Source of the DNA: Gekko japonicus
Lineage: Eukaryota
Direction: 5' to 3'
Length of the DNA: 64,000 nucleotides
Assembly: GCF_001447785.1 (NCBI RefSeq)
Contig: NW_015166485.1
Location: 59,087 to 123,086, forward strand
Shown piece by piece: positions 62,167 through 64,000 of the stretch. Below the pieces are notes generated by a model. The model saw nothing but the letters and a program-made list of their open reading frames with translations, was not told the DNA's origin and did no database searches. Each line of letters opens with the position of its first letter. Position 1 is the first letter of the stretch. A program made the translations under genes and the position numbers.

Positions 62167-62902
62167 ATGCCGCTCCCGAAACGGCTGAACCTCTCTCCTC
62201 CTGGCCACCTTCAGTCTCCGCTCTCTTACGTCCAACTGTGGCCCCCCGTTTACGGCACTGGGGCCTGGTCCCCGTCTTCCAGAGCATGCGGTCCAAGCTG
62301 GAGGCTTTTGCCGACATCTTCCTTAGTCCGTCCAAGCCCTCCCTTCCGCCCACTGAGGGGACACCCTCCTTGCCACCGTGTCCACAAGAGACGGAGGACC
62401 GGGTGGCTGCGCAGCCAGGAACTCCGCGCCGAGGAGTCAACATTGAAGTCAAAATTGCAATTTCAGAGCCACGTTCCCGGAAGAGGACTTGCCACCACGG
62501 AGAAGAGGAGGAGGAGGAGGAGGCAGGCAGCCCGGTGGTGAGCGGGCGGCCGCCGATCCGCCAGTGGCGCCTGAACGAAGGAGATCCGGCCCCCCAGCAC
62601 CGCCTTGGACGCAGCTACTCCTGCCCCGATTTCCCGGGGGCCCATTCTTGGCAAGCCTCCCCCACGTCTCCTTCCCTCTCCGCGCAGCTGCGACAGCGCC
62701 GGCACACCGTGTGCAGCTTGGAGGTATCCCGAGAGCTGGGCTGTCCCACCCTGCCCTGCCTACGCAAGGAGGTGTACCCCTTCAGTACACCGCCTGGGCG
62801 CCTCCTGATTGGTCCTTCTGTGCACACTCCCCACTGTGATGGTTCCTCCTACTCCTCCCCTGTGCCTTCCTGCTGCCTTGACTCCAGCCCAGGTCGCTCC
62901 AG
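62167..62902 (+). CDS. PRR14: PRR14 large exon (lamina-binding region); gene continues beyond the window
   Basis: WGLVPVFQSMRSKLEAFADIFLSP, EVKIAISE, RPPIRQWR, LGRSYSCPD, RRHTV and PCLRKEV match recalled human PRR14 motifs in the same order. Confidence 0.92.
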
Positions 62903-63048
62903 GTAAAACCTTTCTCCTCATCCCCTGCCCTTGCCGCTCGTTTGCTGCTCCTTGGGAGTCTTGTAGAGCCCTGCCTTTCGAAACCCGAGGCAAGTCACCC
63001 AAGCATGGTACGGGCAAGCCCTCAAGCAAGCATCTGTTCCTCTCTGAT

Positions 63049-63986
63049 AAAAGCTTATGCTTTTCAAAAAAATTAATATCAGAAGAAGAGATTGGACTTC
63101 TACCCTGCCCTTTACTCGGAGACTCAGAGCGGCTTACAGTCTCCTTCCTCTCCCCACAAGGGACACCCTGTGGGTGAGGTGGGGCTGAGAGAGCTCTTTC
63201 GAGGACTGCTCTTGGGAGAACACTTGTGACTGACCCAAGGTCACACTAGCAGCTGCATGTGGAGGAGTGGGGAAATCAAGCCCGGTTCTTCCAGGTTAGA
63301 GTCCACACTTAACCACTACACCAAGCTGGCATCTAAGCATCTAGCCGATATTTATCCTGCCTTTCCTCCCAAGTATATCAGGGTGGCATACATGATTCCC
63401 TCCCCCTCCCTGTTTTATTCCCACAACATCTCTGCTAGGTAGGCTAGGTGGAAGGAACGAGTCACCTAGCAATTTGAACCCAGCGTCTTCCAGATCCTAG
63501 AAAAAGCTTATGCTTTTCAAAAAAATTAATTCTTGATTGGACATCAGAAGAAGGAGATTGGACTTCTACCCTGCCCTGTACTCGGAGACTCAGAGCGGCT
63601 TACAGTCTCCTTCCTCTCCCCACAAGGGACGCCCTGTGGGTGAGGTGGGGCTGAGAGAGCTCTTTCGAGGACTGCTCTTGGGAGAACACTTGTGACTGAC
63701 CCAAGGTCACACTAGCAGCTGCATGTGGAGGAGTGGGGAAATCAAGCCCAGTTCTTCCAGATTAGAGTCCACACTTAACCACTACACCAAGCTGGCATCT
63801 AAGCATCTAGCCGATATTTATCCTGCCTTTCCTCCCAAGTATATCAGGGTGGCATACATGATTCCCTCCCCCTCCCTGTTTTATTCCCACAACATCTCTG
63901 CTAGGTAGGCTAGGTGGAAAGAACGAGTCACCTAGCAAGGTTCACGACAGAGTGGGGATTTGAACCCAGCGTCTTCCAGATCCTAG
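63049..63986. repeat. Recent ~460-bp tandem duplication containing a Squam3-like SINE and a second SINE fragment
   Basis: AAAAGCTTATGCTTTTCAAAAAAATTAAT...TTCCAGATCCTAG occurs twice, near-identical with small indels. Confidence 0.9.
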
Positions 63987-64000
63987 TCAGACACTCTACA

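Overview
Eukaryotic, not prokaryotic. This is a vertebrate genomic window, most likely a squamate and probably a gecko (inferred from the Sauria-type SINEs and the CR1/L1/Penelope/hAT repeat set), with four N gaps. Gene order: last coding exon of an integrin alpha-L-like gene (ITGAL, +), 12-finger C2H2 ZNF-A with a long acidic Trp-rich tail (-), intronless BORCS6 (-), 14-finger ZNF-B (-), decayed finger relics, 8-finger ZNF-C with a series of short phase-0 N-terminal exons (-), 6-finger ZNF-D (-), then head-to-head with it the first seven coding exons of PRR14 (+). ITGAL-ZNF cluster-PRR14 matches human 16p11.2, but human BORCS6 is on 17p13.1. The most striking non-coding structure is a 2.8-kb Mutator/Foldback-type element (15011-17829; 9-bp TSD, ~300-bp TIRs). 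It is filled with a 154-bp tandem array that has higher-order structure and is built from the same monomer as its TIRs. Exon models come from reading splice signals and frame by eye, and homology calls rest on recalled protein motifs; no searches were run. I see no clearly new biological system; the findings are candidates.
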